Origin: a virus
Taxonomy: Duplodnaviria > Caudoviricetes
Virus record (IMG/VR): IMGVR_UViG_3300028601_000023
Location: 77,175 to 141,174 of that record
Strand: one strand, 5' to 3'
DNA: 64,000 nucleotides
The position numbers were made by a program, and so were the translations under genes. This document shows, piece by piece, positions 44,097 to 53,492 of this stretch (the stretch's first letter is position 1; each line of letters begins with the position of its first letter). A model generated the notes under the pieces. It did no database searches and had not been told where the DNA came from. It saw nothing but the letters and a program-made list of their open reading frames with translations.

Positions 44097-44761
44097 AATT
44101 TTGTTGGTAAATATACAGCAATTTTCGTCAATTTCGGGAATAGTCAATTAATTCAACAGGTTAGATGAAATATAGACACACTCTAAGTGGTTGATTTAAT
44201 TCAACATTTGTAGATACCGTTATTTTCCACAACATTTTTCGTAATTGCGGAGCAAATGACTATAAAGTGGCTATAGCTGAAGTTTTATTCTGTAGATTTT
44301 TATGGAAACTAACTGAAAGGAGCGAAGCTAAATCTTTCCACTGAGGGAACCGAAGTGGATGTCCGCAAGGACAAAACTCTGATGAGATTTTATTAGATCA
44401 CCGGAGTGAATACCTAAAGTAGACAGCTGAAAGTATTTTTAGACTAAAACTTTAGAGTCTTCATGGAATGATAGAAATAATTTAAAAGTATATCTATCAG
44501 CTTATAGTTATATTGACGAGCTTCTAATTGATAGATGAATTTCAATATCAACTAATTGATCATTCTCCGGTTCCCTCCGAATGATACCGTCACTAGTTCC
44601 TAGTGACAATGGTTTTAATGGTTCCTTTAAAATTCTATTCTAAATACCTTTATTGTTCGTTATTTCTAGATCCAAAACCAATAGGTTTTTAATCTAAGCA
44701 ATTAAATTTATTCTAATCTCATTCTCCGGTTCCCTCCGAATGACCGTCGCCAGTTCCTGGC
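44097..44761. repeat. non-coding hairpin element, copy B
   Basis: Two blocks nearly identical to copy A, plus a twice-repeated CATTCTCCGGTTCCCTCCGAATG (44561-44583, 44720-44742). Confidence 0.9.
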
Positions 44762-44997
44762 TCCGATATTTTGTTGGTCCTTATTTACTATTCTTGAAGT
44801 TTATAAATATCAATTAACGATTCTTTTAAATTTATTCTATTATTTTATATTATGTCCCTCCAAAACCAATTTAAACTGAATGTAAAGTATTGAAATTGGA
44901 AGGCCAGGCCAAAACTGATTGACAATTGGATGATGGTTGATATATGAATTGTTATTCAGTCTAATGAAACAAATATCAACCTTGGCTGAATTGCCTA

Positions 44998-45026
44998 TTG
45001 ACAGATATCTAGAAATGTTATAAATA
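44998..45026 (+). promoter_or_regulatory. promoter(s) of the polymerase-like gene
   Basis: TTGACA 44998-45003 and TATAAATA 45019-45026; another TTGACA-N16-TATATG at 44919. Confidence 0.5.
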
Positions 45027-45054
45027 TATCAAATCTTGTGGAATTAGGAGTCAT

Positions 45055-46896
45055 ATGTTTGTTTCCAGAAAACATCTAGCCGAACATTTGTCAGCAATAG
45101 AAGAGAATGAACTTTCAGCCGAAATCTTTATTGCTGATAAAATTCTCAATCATCCTGTTTTTTGTGACATTATCAACCCAGATCACAATTTTTCAACCGA
45201 TACCGTCTTTAATAAAGCCATCTATGATAAACTTGTTGCTGCTGCAACGCTAACAACAATATATCATTATCTTCGTGCGTCTAATATATCAATGTATGAG
45301 CAGTTTGCTGTAACTCCTTATATATTGAGCAAGTTCTATAGATTTGATAGAGATGTATTTCTCGGCTATGGTGCCGGAATTACACGCATGACAAAAGAAG
45401 ATAAGCCGTCATCTTATTTAAGTCCTTTTATAACTCATGTACAGCGCGGATACTATTTCTATAAGAACTGTCCTCAAAATAAGCTTCCAGAATATAGATT
45501 CACACAAGAAGCACTTGATCTATTGTTGACTATTGATTCAGATGATACTAAATATATCAAAATAGATCTTAAAAAGCATTATACTGCAGTTGCTGAATAT
45601 TCTTCAGAAATTTCGCGCCGTGGACAATTTGTAAATAAAGTTGAAGTTCCAGTCTTGGTATATAATGGAAAAGAATATACTAGAGGTAATGTTAGTTCTG
45701 CTATTGCTCATTTCTCCAAACAAAAAGGTCATCCATACGTTATTTGGAATAAAGAATATAAAAATGAAATACTTCCGAAGATGATTGAAGAATTTTATTC
45801 TCTTTATTCGTTTCCGGAAGTAAAAGTTCCGACCTCTCCAACAGCTAAAGAACTATTTGAATCTTCTACTATTAAAGTATATTCATATGACGAGTTCAAA
45901 TCTGAGTTTTATGAGATCGCTTTAGGAACTCCATGGTTGACAAAACAGAAAAATACTGTTTTTGAACATACCGCTCAGCTCGATCTATCAAACATTGAAG
46001 ATTTAATTGCTAACGAATCAAATAACTTACATGTAATCGCAACACTTGAACTAATTAAGTATGAGGCGTTCAAGACTAACAATAATATTAAGCTCGAATA
46101 TCATAGATCTCAGCATGGAAGACTCTACCAATCAGGACCGTCTCTGCAAATGTTACCCAAAGCAATTCGCAAGAAACTGTTGTCCAAATATACTGAAATT
46201 GATATTGCTTCATCAGTCTATTCTATTGTTTATAATTATGCAAAGAACAATAACTACACTGGTTCAATGGACCATATCACCAATTATGTAGATGATCCTC
46301 ATGGATTTCGAAAGAAGCTCCATTCTAATCTATCTGAAATTGATCCAACTGTGACGGAAGATTATGTTAAAACTAATCTGATTGCTGTTGCTTATGGTGC
46401 TAATTATAATGCTAACTATATTGGGTTTGATGCTCGTAAGAAATGTCCTCAGACTATAGCTGTCACGACTTCCGGCTATACTATGACAGATGTCCCAGAA
46501 CGGTTAGCAGACAACAAAGACTTCCAGAATCTCATTGCAGATTTCCGTGGAATTGTCAAATGGTATATAGATAATCATAAAGTAAAGACAGAAACTGGAA
46601 CATATTTTGAGAACGCTCTTGGTGCTAAGATGAAACTTGAACGTGGAACATCCCTTGGCAAGAAATTGGCTCATATGTATCAGGCTCTAGAAGTCATTAT
46701 TCTCGAAAAAATGGCATCAGTCCCAGTACCGAAGTATGGAAATCTATCGCTGAAGAGTACTCGAAACGGTATTGGTCTAATGCTTCATGATGGAATCTAC
46801 GTATTGAAAGAACATTTTGAAGGTATTCCAGATGTTAGTAAGTATTTCAACGAGTTCATCAAGAATGCTTTGGGATATGATCTGAGATTTGATTGA
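45055..46896 (+). CDS. family-A polymerase-like protein (Pol I/T7-RNAP palm, no recognisable exonuclease)
   Basis: HGRLYQSGPSLQMLPK, motif A EIDIASSV, motif B KTNLIAVAYG, HMYQALE, motif C LMLHDGIYV. Confidence 0.75.
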   Translation: MFVSRKHLAEHLSAIEENELSAEIFIADKILNHPVFCDIINPDHNFSTDTVFNKAIYDKLVAAATLTTIYHYLRASNISMYEQFAVTPYILSKFYRFDRDVFLGYGAGITRMTKEDKPSSYLSPFITHVQRGYYFYKNCPQNKLPEYRFTQEALDLLLTIDSDDTKYIKIDLKKHYTAVAEYSSEISRRGQFVNKVEVPVLVYNGKEYTRGNVSSAIAHFSKQKGHPYVIWNKEYKNEILPKMIEEFYSLYSFPEVKVPTSPTAKELFESSTIKVYSYDEFKSEFYEIALGTPWLTKQKNTVFEHTAQLDLSNIEDLIANESNNLHVIATLELIKYEAFKTNNNIKLEYHRSQHGRLYQSGPSLQMLPKAIRKKLLSKYTEIDIASSVYSIVYNYAKNNNYTGSMDHITNYVDDPHGFRKKLHSNLSEIDPTVTEDYVKTNLIAVAYGANYNANYIGFDARKKCPQTIAVTTSGYTMTDVPERLADNKDFQNLIADFRGIVKWYIDNHKVKTETGTYFENALGAKMKLERGTSLGKKLAHMYQALEVIILEKMASVPVPKYGNLSLKSTRNGIGLMLHDGIYVLKEHFEGIPDVSKYFNEFIKNALGYDLRFD

Positions 46897-46950
46897 CAGT
46901 AACGACAAAATATTTTACAAAAACCGATAAACAATGTTCAGGAGGCAAGC

Positions 46951-47883
46951 TTGAAACGACCAAGTATTCATGTCAGAGGTAGAAATGCGACCGAAGCATT
47001 TGAGAACGCAATTGTAACTTTAAAGGACGACCCGGATTTTATTTGTTCCCCTAGAGGACAGAAGATCCACGAATGCATTAATGCCGTAGTAGAAGTTGAT
47101 GACATTCATGACAATGTTGTATGGACACCAGATCGAAAGATCTCTCTAAAGTACTTAGTTGCTGAATTGTGTTGGTATCTATCTGGAGACCAATCTAGAA
47201 TCGGCGCCAATGCTATTGCTCATTATGCAAAGTTCTGGGATTCTATTCGTAATCCAGACGGAACGCTTAATTCTAACTATGGACATTATATCTTTAAACG
47301 TATGGGATCAGTTCTTCCATATTTTACTGATGCACACACTGATTACTTTGAAAAAAATCAATTTCAATACGTAGTAGAAAAACTAAAAGAAGATAAAGAT
47401 TCTCGTCAAGCGATTATCAATATTAATTCTATTCATCACAAACGATTTCCAACAAAAGACTTTCCTTGTACTACATCTATTCAGTTTATGATCCGTGAAG
47501 ATGTACTCTATATGACTGTTCATATGAGATCTTGTGATATTGTTCTTGGGTACTGCAATGATGTCTTTCAGTTCTGTCATATTCAGAAATTAGTATGGCG
47601 AGAATTGTCTGAGGTTTATCCAGCCCTAGAATGCGGATCTTATACACTTATGGCAAATTCTTTGCATCTCTATGAACGTCATTTTGATATGGCTGATAAG
47701 ATTAGTGAAGCAGATGGAACCGAAACTCCTGTTATGAACTCTACTGATTATTATTGTCCTACACTTGAAGAATATGAATCGTTACTTGGATTTGAAGCTG
47801 CTTTGCGTCTACATGGAAATGCAGCAAATCTAACATACAAACCAGAACTCATTCAGAAATATACAACTTGGTTAAGGGGTTAA
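46951..47883 (+). CDS. thymidylate-synthase-family dCMP-modifying enzyme (gp42-like hydroxymethylase or hydroxylase)
   Basis: AELCWYL, NSNYG, DSRQA, DFPCT, MRSCDIVLGYCND (Asp at the E. coli N177 position), SLHLYERH. Confidence 0.85.
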   Translation: MKRPSIHVRGRNATEAFENAIVTLKDDPDFICSPRGQKIHECINAVVEVDDIHDNVVWTPDRKISLKYLVAELCWYLSGDQSRIGANAIAHYAKFWDSIRNPDGTLNSNYGHYIFKRMGSVLPYFTDAHTDYFEKNQFQYVVEKLKEDKDSRQAIININSIHHKRFPTKDFPCTTSIQFMIREDVLYMTVHMRSCDIVLGYCNDVFQFCHIQKLVWRELSEVYPALECGSYTLMANSLHLYERHFDMADKISEADGTETPVMNSTDYYCPTLEEYESLLGFEAALRLHGNAANLTYKPELIQKYTTWLRG

Positions 47884-47884
47884 A

Positions 47885-48421
47885 ATGGCTATTATCGTTG
47901 AAGGAATTGACAATATTGGTAAGTCTACGTTCATTCAGAAACTTCGGAATGAAGCCTTTCCCTGGCCTGTAGTGCATTCATCTAAACCAGAAAAACTAAA
48001 GGTTCTAGGAGATTCCGAATCTCTTTATCAGATGCATTACTTTTCTACATGGTTTAATATGATGTCAGCAAGAAAATCTAATGTTATCTTTGATCGTCTA
48101 CATCTCGGTGAATGGGTTTATGCTCCTCTGTATCGTGGATATACTCCAACGTTTATTCCTGTTCTGCCTAGAGCTCGTCTTGATACTATTCTTGTTCTAC
48201 TAAAAGCAAATGATTTCTCCCTGATCGTTGATGATGGAAAATCTATTGATGCTAGTAATATGAAAAAAGAACAAGAATTGTTTCTAGATGCTTTCAAAAA
48301 GGATGAGATCTGCTTCAATAAACAGATCATTGAGATTGATTGTGACGGCGTTCGAAAGACTGTAGACGAATTGTATGATGAATTTATGAAGGTCTGGAAA
48401 CAAATGCTTCAGTCAATGTAA
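47885..48421 (+). CDS. dNMP (thymidylate-like) kinase
   Basis: IVEGIDNIGKST P-loop; FDRLHLGEWVYAPLYRG. Confidence 0.85.
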   Translation: MAIIVEGIDNIGKSTFIQKLRNEAFPWPVVHSSKPEKLKVLGDSESLYQMHYFSTWFNMMSARKSNVIFDRLHLGEWVYAPLYRGYTPTFIPVLPRARLDTILVLLKANDFSLIVDDGKSIDASNMKKEQELFLDAFKKDEICFNKQIIEIDCDGVRKTVDELYDEFMKVWKQMLQSM

Positions 48422-48434
48422 GCATTTCCTTCTA

Positions 48435-48474
48435 TATAAATAACAATGGGCGAGGCAGCAATGTCTTGCCTTTT
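48435..48474 (+). promoter_or_regulatory. late promoter plus terminator-like hairpin
   Basis: TATAAATA 48435-48442; GGCGAGGCA-GCAA-TGTCTTGCC-TTTT. Confidence 0.7.
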
Positions 48475-48491
48475 CTATTTTGGAGGTCTAT

Positions 48492-48776
48492 ATGCCTGGA
48501 GTTTGCCGTCTTGGAGATACATCAACTGGAGCATGCAAGTGTTGTCCAATTACTAACATCGGGGCTAATAGTAATGTTCTGATCAATGGATTACCACCAG
48601 CAAAAGTTGGAGATCTTTGGGGATATCATAAATGTGGTTGCAGTCATTCTAAAGAAAACTGTGTGATAGGTAATTCATCTGTATTAGTAAATGGATCTCC
48701 GATAGTAACAGTTGGAACAAAATTGTCTAATGGTGATTCTACAGGATCTGGATCTTCTGATGTAATGGTAGGATAA
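48492..48776 (+). CDS. 5.4: PAAR spike-tip protein (gp5.4-like)
   Basis: RLGD, NVLINGLPPAKVGD, H.C, SVLVNG, GSSDV. Confidence 0.88.
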   Translation: MPGVCRLGDTSTGACKCCPITNIGANSNVLINGLPPAKVGDLWGYHKCGCSHSKENCVIGNSSVLVNGSPIVTVGTKLSNGDSTGSGSSDVMVG

Positions 48777-48784
48777 ATAGAATT

Positions 48785-49183
48785 ATGAAAAGAGAAATAT
48801 ATTCTGATTTTGATATACTATTCAGACAAAATGAATTGACTGGTGATATTGTCAAAAAGAAAAATACTGAATCTATCAAACAGTCATTAGCTCTGTTATT
48901 TAAGACTCGGTATTATGATCGAAAATGGCATCCAGAGATTGGATCTTATTTTGCTGATTTGTTATTCAAACCAAATGATCCGTTCTTTCTGTCTGTTGTC
49001 AAAACAGAAGCAGAGAACCTGATAAAGAACTATGAGCCACGAATTAGATTGCTTGATCTAAAAATCTTTTTTGATTCTGCAGATGCTATAGATCGTGGAG
49101 AAGTAAAGATTGAAATGATATACGAAATTTTGGATCTATCTCAGACTGATACATTTGTTTATGTTATCAATCGGGTTAGATAG
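48785..49183 (+). CDS. 25: baseplate wedge subunit gp25
   Basis: YSDFD..F..., SIKQSL, HPEIGS, NYEPRI, RVR. Confidence 0.92.
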   Translation: MKREIYSDFDILFRQNELTGDIVKKKNTESIKQSLALLFKTRYYDRKWHPEIGSYFADLLFKPNDPFFLSVVKTEAENLIKNYEPRIRLLDLKIFFDSADAIDRGEVKIEMIYEILDLSQTDTFVYVINRVR

Positions 49184-49191
49184 GAGAACTA

Positions 49192-50916
49192 ATGAATACA
49201 ACTAACATTACTTTTGAAGGTTTAAAACAGAATATAGTAGAAGTACTTGCTACTAAAAATGAATTTAAAGATATCAATTTTACGGCTCCTGCTATTGTAA
49301 CTTTGATTGATGCTCTTGCTTATACTTCTCATTATTTACTACGATACGCCAATTTCAGTATCAATGAATGTTTTTTAGATTCCGCGCAACAGAGAGCAAA
49401 TATTGTTTCTCGCGCAAAGTCTTTGGGGTATATGCCATATCAATACTGCGCTGCTCGTAATAAGATTCGTTTGAAAGTAAAGAATCCTGAAGTAAATGTT
49501 ACTACATCTGATTTTGTACCGGCTAATACCGTTTTCACTGCAACAGATGGATCTTCTTCATATCGGTTCAGCTCTTTAGACAATGCATATTTCTATCTTG
49601 GAACCGATGGATTCTGGTATGCAGACGTATCAGTTGTAGAAGGAACATTTGCTGAAGAATTCTATACACAAGATTTAAACTACACAACAAAATATTTACT
49701 GTCCAATGCGCAGGTAGATACAAAGTATATCAGAGTAACTGTAAAGGACACTTCTTCTGCTATTGCATCAACCACTTTTGCTTTTGCTGATGATATTGCT
49801 GGTATTGGTCCTGAATCTTTGGTTTATTTTATGCAAGAGTCTTATGACGGCAATATAGAAATTCAGTTTGGTGACGGAGTACTAGGAAAGAAGCTTGAAC
49901 CAAACAATTATGTTTCTATTAAGTATCTTGTAACTTCTGGAGCAGAAGCAAACAATATTATTAAGTATGGACTATCTTATAATATTGGAGCGATATCATA
50001 TTCTGATATTTCTATTACACAGGTAGAACGTGAACTAATCGGATCTGACAAAGAACCAGATGAATCAGTAAAGTTCCTAGCTCCAAAGATGTATCAGCGA
50101 CAGAATCGAAACGTAACTGCACAAGACTATGCTGTTGCTATCAAATCCGTGTATGGTGATTGGATTCAGTCTGTTGCTGTTTGGGGTGGTGAAGAAAACG
50201 TTCCACCACAATATGGAAGAGTCTTTATTTCAATCAAACCAAAAGACATTGATATTCTAACAGATTTTCAAAAAGAAGACATCCTCGCTTCTATAGCAAA
50301 AAAGAATATTCCGTGTATCGGACTGGATATTGTAGATCCGTCTATCATCCAGATCGATATTGTTCTAAATATCAACTGGCATCCATATAAAACGAATCTT
50401 CTACGGTCTGAATTAACAAACAAGATCTCTGATGCAGTTATTAGATATTTTAACAATGAAGTTGAGAACTTTGGAACAGGATATAAGAACTCTCAGCTGC
50501 TTTCTATTGTAACCAATGTAGATCCTTCTATTGCTTCGGTTGCAACTGAAACGTCTATTAAGCAATTTGTGACTCCACTGTTTAATACTACTGCATCTCA
50601 TGTGTTCTTTTTCAATAACAAATTGAAACCTGGATCAGTTGTGATTGGAACATGGGTTGCTGTTGGATCTTCTACCCCACATTACATATATGATCTAAAT
50701 GGTAAACTGATTTATAACAATGGTCTTACTACTTCAGAAGTTGGAACGGTCAACTATACAACTGGAAGAATCAGCTTAGAGAGTTTCGATTTCGGCGCTC
50801 CAGCAAATACAAAAATCAAAGTATCGGCTGTTCCAGATTCGTTAGATATCAATTCAAGTAAAAATATTATATTAGGATTGGATTCTCATAACGTATTTCT
50901 TACTGATATAAAATAG
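49192..50916 (+). CDS. 6: baseplate wedge subunit gp6
   Basis: LIDALAY, FLDSA..R, LGY.P, FGDGVLGK, QNRNVTAQDY, WGGEENVPPQYGRVFI. Confidence 0.93.
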   Translation: MNTTNITFEGLKQNIVEVLATKNEFKDINFTAPAIVTLIDALAYTSHYLLRYANFSINECFLDSAQQRANIVSRAKSLGYMPYQYCAARNKIRLKVKNPEVNVTTSDFVPANTVFTATDGSSSYRFSSLDNAYFYLGTDGFWYADVSVVEGTFAEEFYTQDLNYTTKYLLSNAQVDTKYIRVTVKDTSSAIASTTFAFADDIAGIGPESLVYFMQESYDGNIEIQFGDGVLGKKLEPNNYVSIKYLVTSGAEANNIIKYGLSYNIGAISYSDISITQVERELIGSDKEPDESVKFLAPKMYQRQNRNVTAQDYAVAIKSVYGDWIQSVAVWGGEENVPPQYGRVFISIKPKDIDILTDFQKEDILASIAKKNIPCIGLDIVDPSIIQIDIVLNINWHPYKTNLLRSELTNKISDAVIRYFNNEVENFGTGYKNSQLLSIVTNVDPSIASVATETSIKQFVTPLFNTTASHVFFFNNKLKPGSVVIGTWVAVGSSTPHYIYDLNGKLIYNNGLTTSEVGTVNYTTGRISLESFDFGAPANTKIKVSAVPDSLDINSSKNIILGLDSHNVFLTDIK

Positions 50917-50924
50917 GAACTAAC

Positions 50925-52640
50925 ATGAGTGATATGTTTAATTTAATGCATGAACGAGCTTTTCCATCGTTCTATAAAGAATATGCACCAAAGCTTTTGG
51001 AGTTTTTCAAAGCTTTTGTAGAACATTTAGAACAAGATGAACACGCCGGCCATATTATAGATAAGCTTGTTGAAAATCAGGATATTGATGCTGCAGAAGA
51101 AGATTATTTGTTAATGCTGAAATCTGAATTGATGCAGGGTTTCCCAGAAGTACTGACTGCAGAGCTCAGAATATTGTTAAAGAATATTTCTATGATGTAT
51201 CGTGCAAAAGGATCAATTGCATCATATGAATATTTTTTCAATGTTTTTTACGATGCAAGAGTCCGAATTTCATATCCTAAAGACCAGATGCTAAAGACTT
51301 CTGACGGAAGATGGATCCAACCTACATATATTATTCCAGTTGAATATTCAGAATACGGTGATTTGTCTAAATATATTAGATATAGATTGATTGGTTCTGA
51401 ATCTGGTGCATCTGGAACAGTAAAAGACGTTCAGCCGTTTATGTTTACTGGAGATCTTCTACCAAAATTAGCAATGGTAATCACTAATGTAGTAGGACAG
51501 TTTGTTGCGGATGAAGAAATTATTCTGACTTTTACTGAGTTCGGTGTAGAACCAGACGAAGACACTCTGACAATTTCTGTTGTAGAAGTTAGTCCTGGAT
51601 ATTATGACGGTACTTCTGGATTGCTTGATTCTGATATGGTAATTCAGGATTCATATTATTATCAGGATTTTTCGTATGTTCTATCATCTGAGATTCCAAT
51701 TTCTGAATATATTGATCCAGTGACTCGGTTGATTCATCCAGCGGGTTTAAAGATTTTTGGAACTGTTACTGAAGATATTTCTAAGTTTATCATGGACGTT
51801 CCAGCGGTTGATTACTTCAGAATGTGGTATTTGAAATTTCTTCAGACGATGGAACTGAATACATCTTTTATTGCTGATACGAATATCAATCTTGAGATGC
51901 AAGTTCAGGGCAAACTTAGAGAAACGATAGATGTAGCATTAGCAAACGAATCTTATTTACTATCTGATAAATTTGAAGATCTACAAGTTCAACATTTTGC
52001 TAGATCTTCTAATATGTCATCTTTCATGATCTTCGATTCATCTGGTAATTATATTCATGACATTGATTGGAACACATTAGATCTGCCATCTACAGTTAAT
52101 AGCAATGAAATGTTGACAGTCTGGAGAACAGATGCTGAAAAGGAATACTTTGAACGCATTATCCAACCTAGCAATATTATTCCGATTATAGCTGAAGAAT
52201 ATAATTCAGTAGTTCCAGGAATCTTTATTAATGGAATGAAAATTGCTGCTAAAGATATGACAAGAACAACATCCCAATATACTTTAGTAGGTGGATCATA
52301 TATCGGGGAAATTGCTACCATTATAAATCCTTTATCTGTAGTCAATACAAGATACGAATTCATCACTAATACAGCTCATCTAACAACAAATTATTTTACT
52401 ATTGCAGAACAACATTTAAAAAGCTATCATGCTATTCCGTTTGTAAATGGATATTGTTGGTGGAATAAAATGGTTCTTGTTGGAAATAAATTATATTTTA
52501 CTTCTGTAATTCCATCAGGATCTTTTATTGAATTTTTATCGTTAAAACGTAGATCCTATAATCAGGTACAATCATATAGAGTACCTCTCAACAAAAAACT
52601 TTATATAAATAATATTAAACTTAACAAGTATATGCCGTAG
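50925..52640 (+). CDS. 7: baseplate wedge protein gp7-like
   Basis: YRAKGS, KTSDGRW, IQDSYYYQDFSYVL, IHPAG. Confidence 0.78.
   Translation: MSDMFNLMHERAFPSFYKEYAPKLLEFFKAFVEHLEQDEHAGHIIDKLVENQDIDAAEEDYLLMLKSELMQGFPEVLTAELRILLKNISMMYRAKGSIASYEYFFNVFYDARVRISYPKDQMLKTSDGRWIQPTYIIPVEYSEYGDLSKYIRYRLIGSESGASGTVKDVQPFMFTGDLLPKLAMVITNVVGQFVADEEIILTFTEFGVEPDEDTLTISVVEVSPGYYDGTSGLLDSDMVIQDSYYYQDFSYVLSSEIPISEYIDPVTRLIHPAGLKIFGTVTEDISKFIMDVPAVDYFRMWYLKFLQTMELNTSFIADTNINLEMQVQGKLRETIDVALANESYLLSDKFEDLQVQHFARSSNMSSFMIFDSSGNYIHDIDWNTLDLPSTVNSNEMLTVWRTDAEKEYFERIIQPSNIIPIIAEEYNSVVPGIFINGMKIAAKDMTRTTSQYTLVGGSYIGEIATIINPLSVVNTRYEFITNTAHLTTNYFTIAEQHLKSYHAIPFVNGYCWWNKMVLVGNKLYFTSVIPSGSFIEFLSLKRRSYNQVQSYRVPLNKKLYINNIKLNKYMP
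52604..52611 (+). promoter_or_regulatory. late promoter
   Basis: TATAAATA upstream of gp8. Confidence 0.55.
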
Positions 52641-52649
52641 GAGAACAAC

Positions 52650-53483
52650 ATGGCTGCTATTCTTAAATCCGATATTTCTGTTCTAAATACAGAACACTTT
52701 ATAAATGCCGTTCTAAATGGATCATCCAACGTATATGTTGCATTATCCAAAACAGCTGAATGGGAAAATGAAAATCTTCCTCCAACTCCAACAGATTCAA
52801 TGAACGATGAAAATGCATTTCGATCAGATATCATCGGTATCAAACGTATTACTCCGTCTAATCTAGCTGTAATGGTTCCACGTATCAACTGGACCGTTGG
52901 AACAACTTTTGCTCCGTTAGATCTAACTGTTGAAGCAGCTGAACGTGCTACTAACTATTTTTGTTTAACTTCTAGCAACATGGTATTTCAGTGTATCGGG
53001 GCCGGACTTGGATTAACTTCTCAGGAACCTGCCACTCGAGGAGCTTCTGTTGTTACTGCTGATGGATATACTTGGAAATATCTTTATGATCTTCCAATTG
53101 CAATGATCAATGCTGGCCTATTACTAGATGCATGGATGCCAGTTCCATATAGTACCCGCGGTGAATATCCAGGCGGTACACTGACATCAGAACAGTTTAA
53201 CTTTGGTGATGTTTTTGCTAATAGAGTATTGGGAGCTCACAGAATTCTTGTTGCTCTAACCTTTGCAGATGAAACCCCTGAAATCCCGTATGATATTGCA
53301 TTCCGCCAGGTTGGACTTCTATATGATCCGAAAGACAATTCTGACGCTTTTATTGCTGGTGATAAATATTCCGCTGCAGACTTCAATGTAACTTCTGGCG
53401 AACTGGTTTATCTTGATAACAAAAGACGTGTATATAGAGAAGTTGGGCAGTCTGAAACAGTTAATTTGATTTTGGTATTCTAG
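52650..53483 (+). CDS. 8: baseplate wedge subunit gp8
   Basis: W.NE..PP.P, VPRINW, ADGYTWKYLY, FRQVGL, SGELVYLDN. Confidence 0.88.
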   Translation: MAAILKSDISVLNTEHFINAVLNGSSNVYVALSKTAEWENENLPPTPTDSMNDENAFRSDIIGIKRITPSNLAVMVPRINWTVGTTFAPLDLTVEAAERATNYFCLTSSNMVFQCIGAGLGLTSQEPATRGASVVTADGYTWKYLYDLPIAMINAGLLLDAWMPVPYSTRGEYPGGTLTSEQFNFGDVFANRVLGAHRILVALTFADETPEIPYDIAFRQVGLLYDPKDNSDAFIAGDKYSAADFNVTSGELVYLDNKRRVYREVGQSETVNLILVF

Positions 53484-53492
53484 GAGAGTTTA

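Noticed and set aside
44561-44761. Mini CRISPR array (23-bp repeat twice)
   Set aside because: Only two copies, 159 bp apart, with no regular spacers and no cas genes.
45055-46896. Main replicative DNA polymerase
   Set aside because: No proofreading domain, degenerate motifs A and C, and the gp32/gp59/gp33 machinery implies a gp43 family-B replicase elsewhere in the genome.
46951-47883. Ordinary thyA
   Set aside because: Asp at the specificity position and gp42-like motifs; ThyX is already present.
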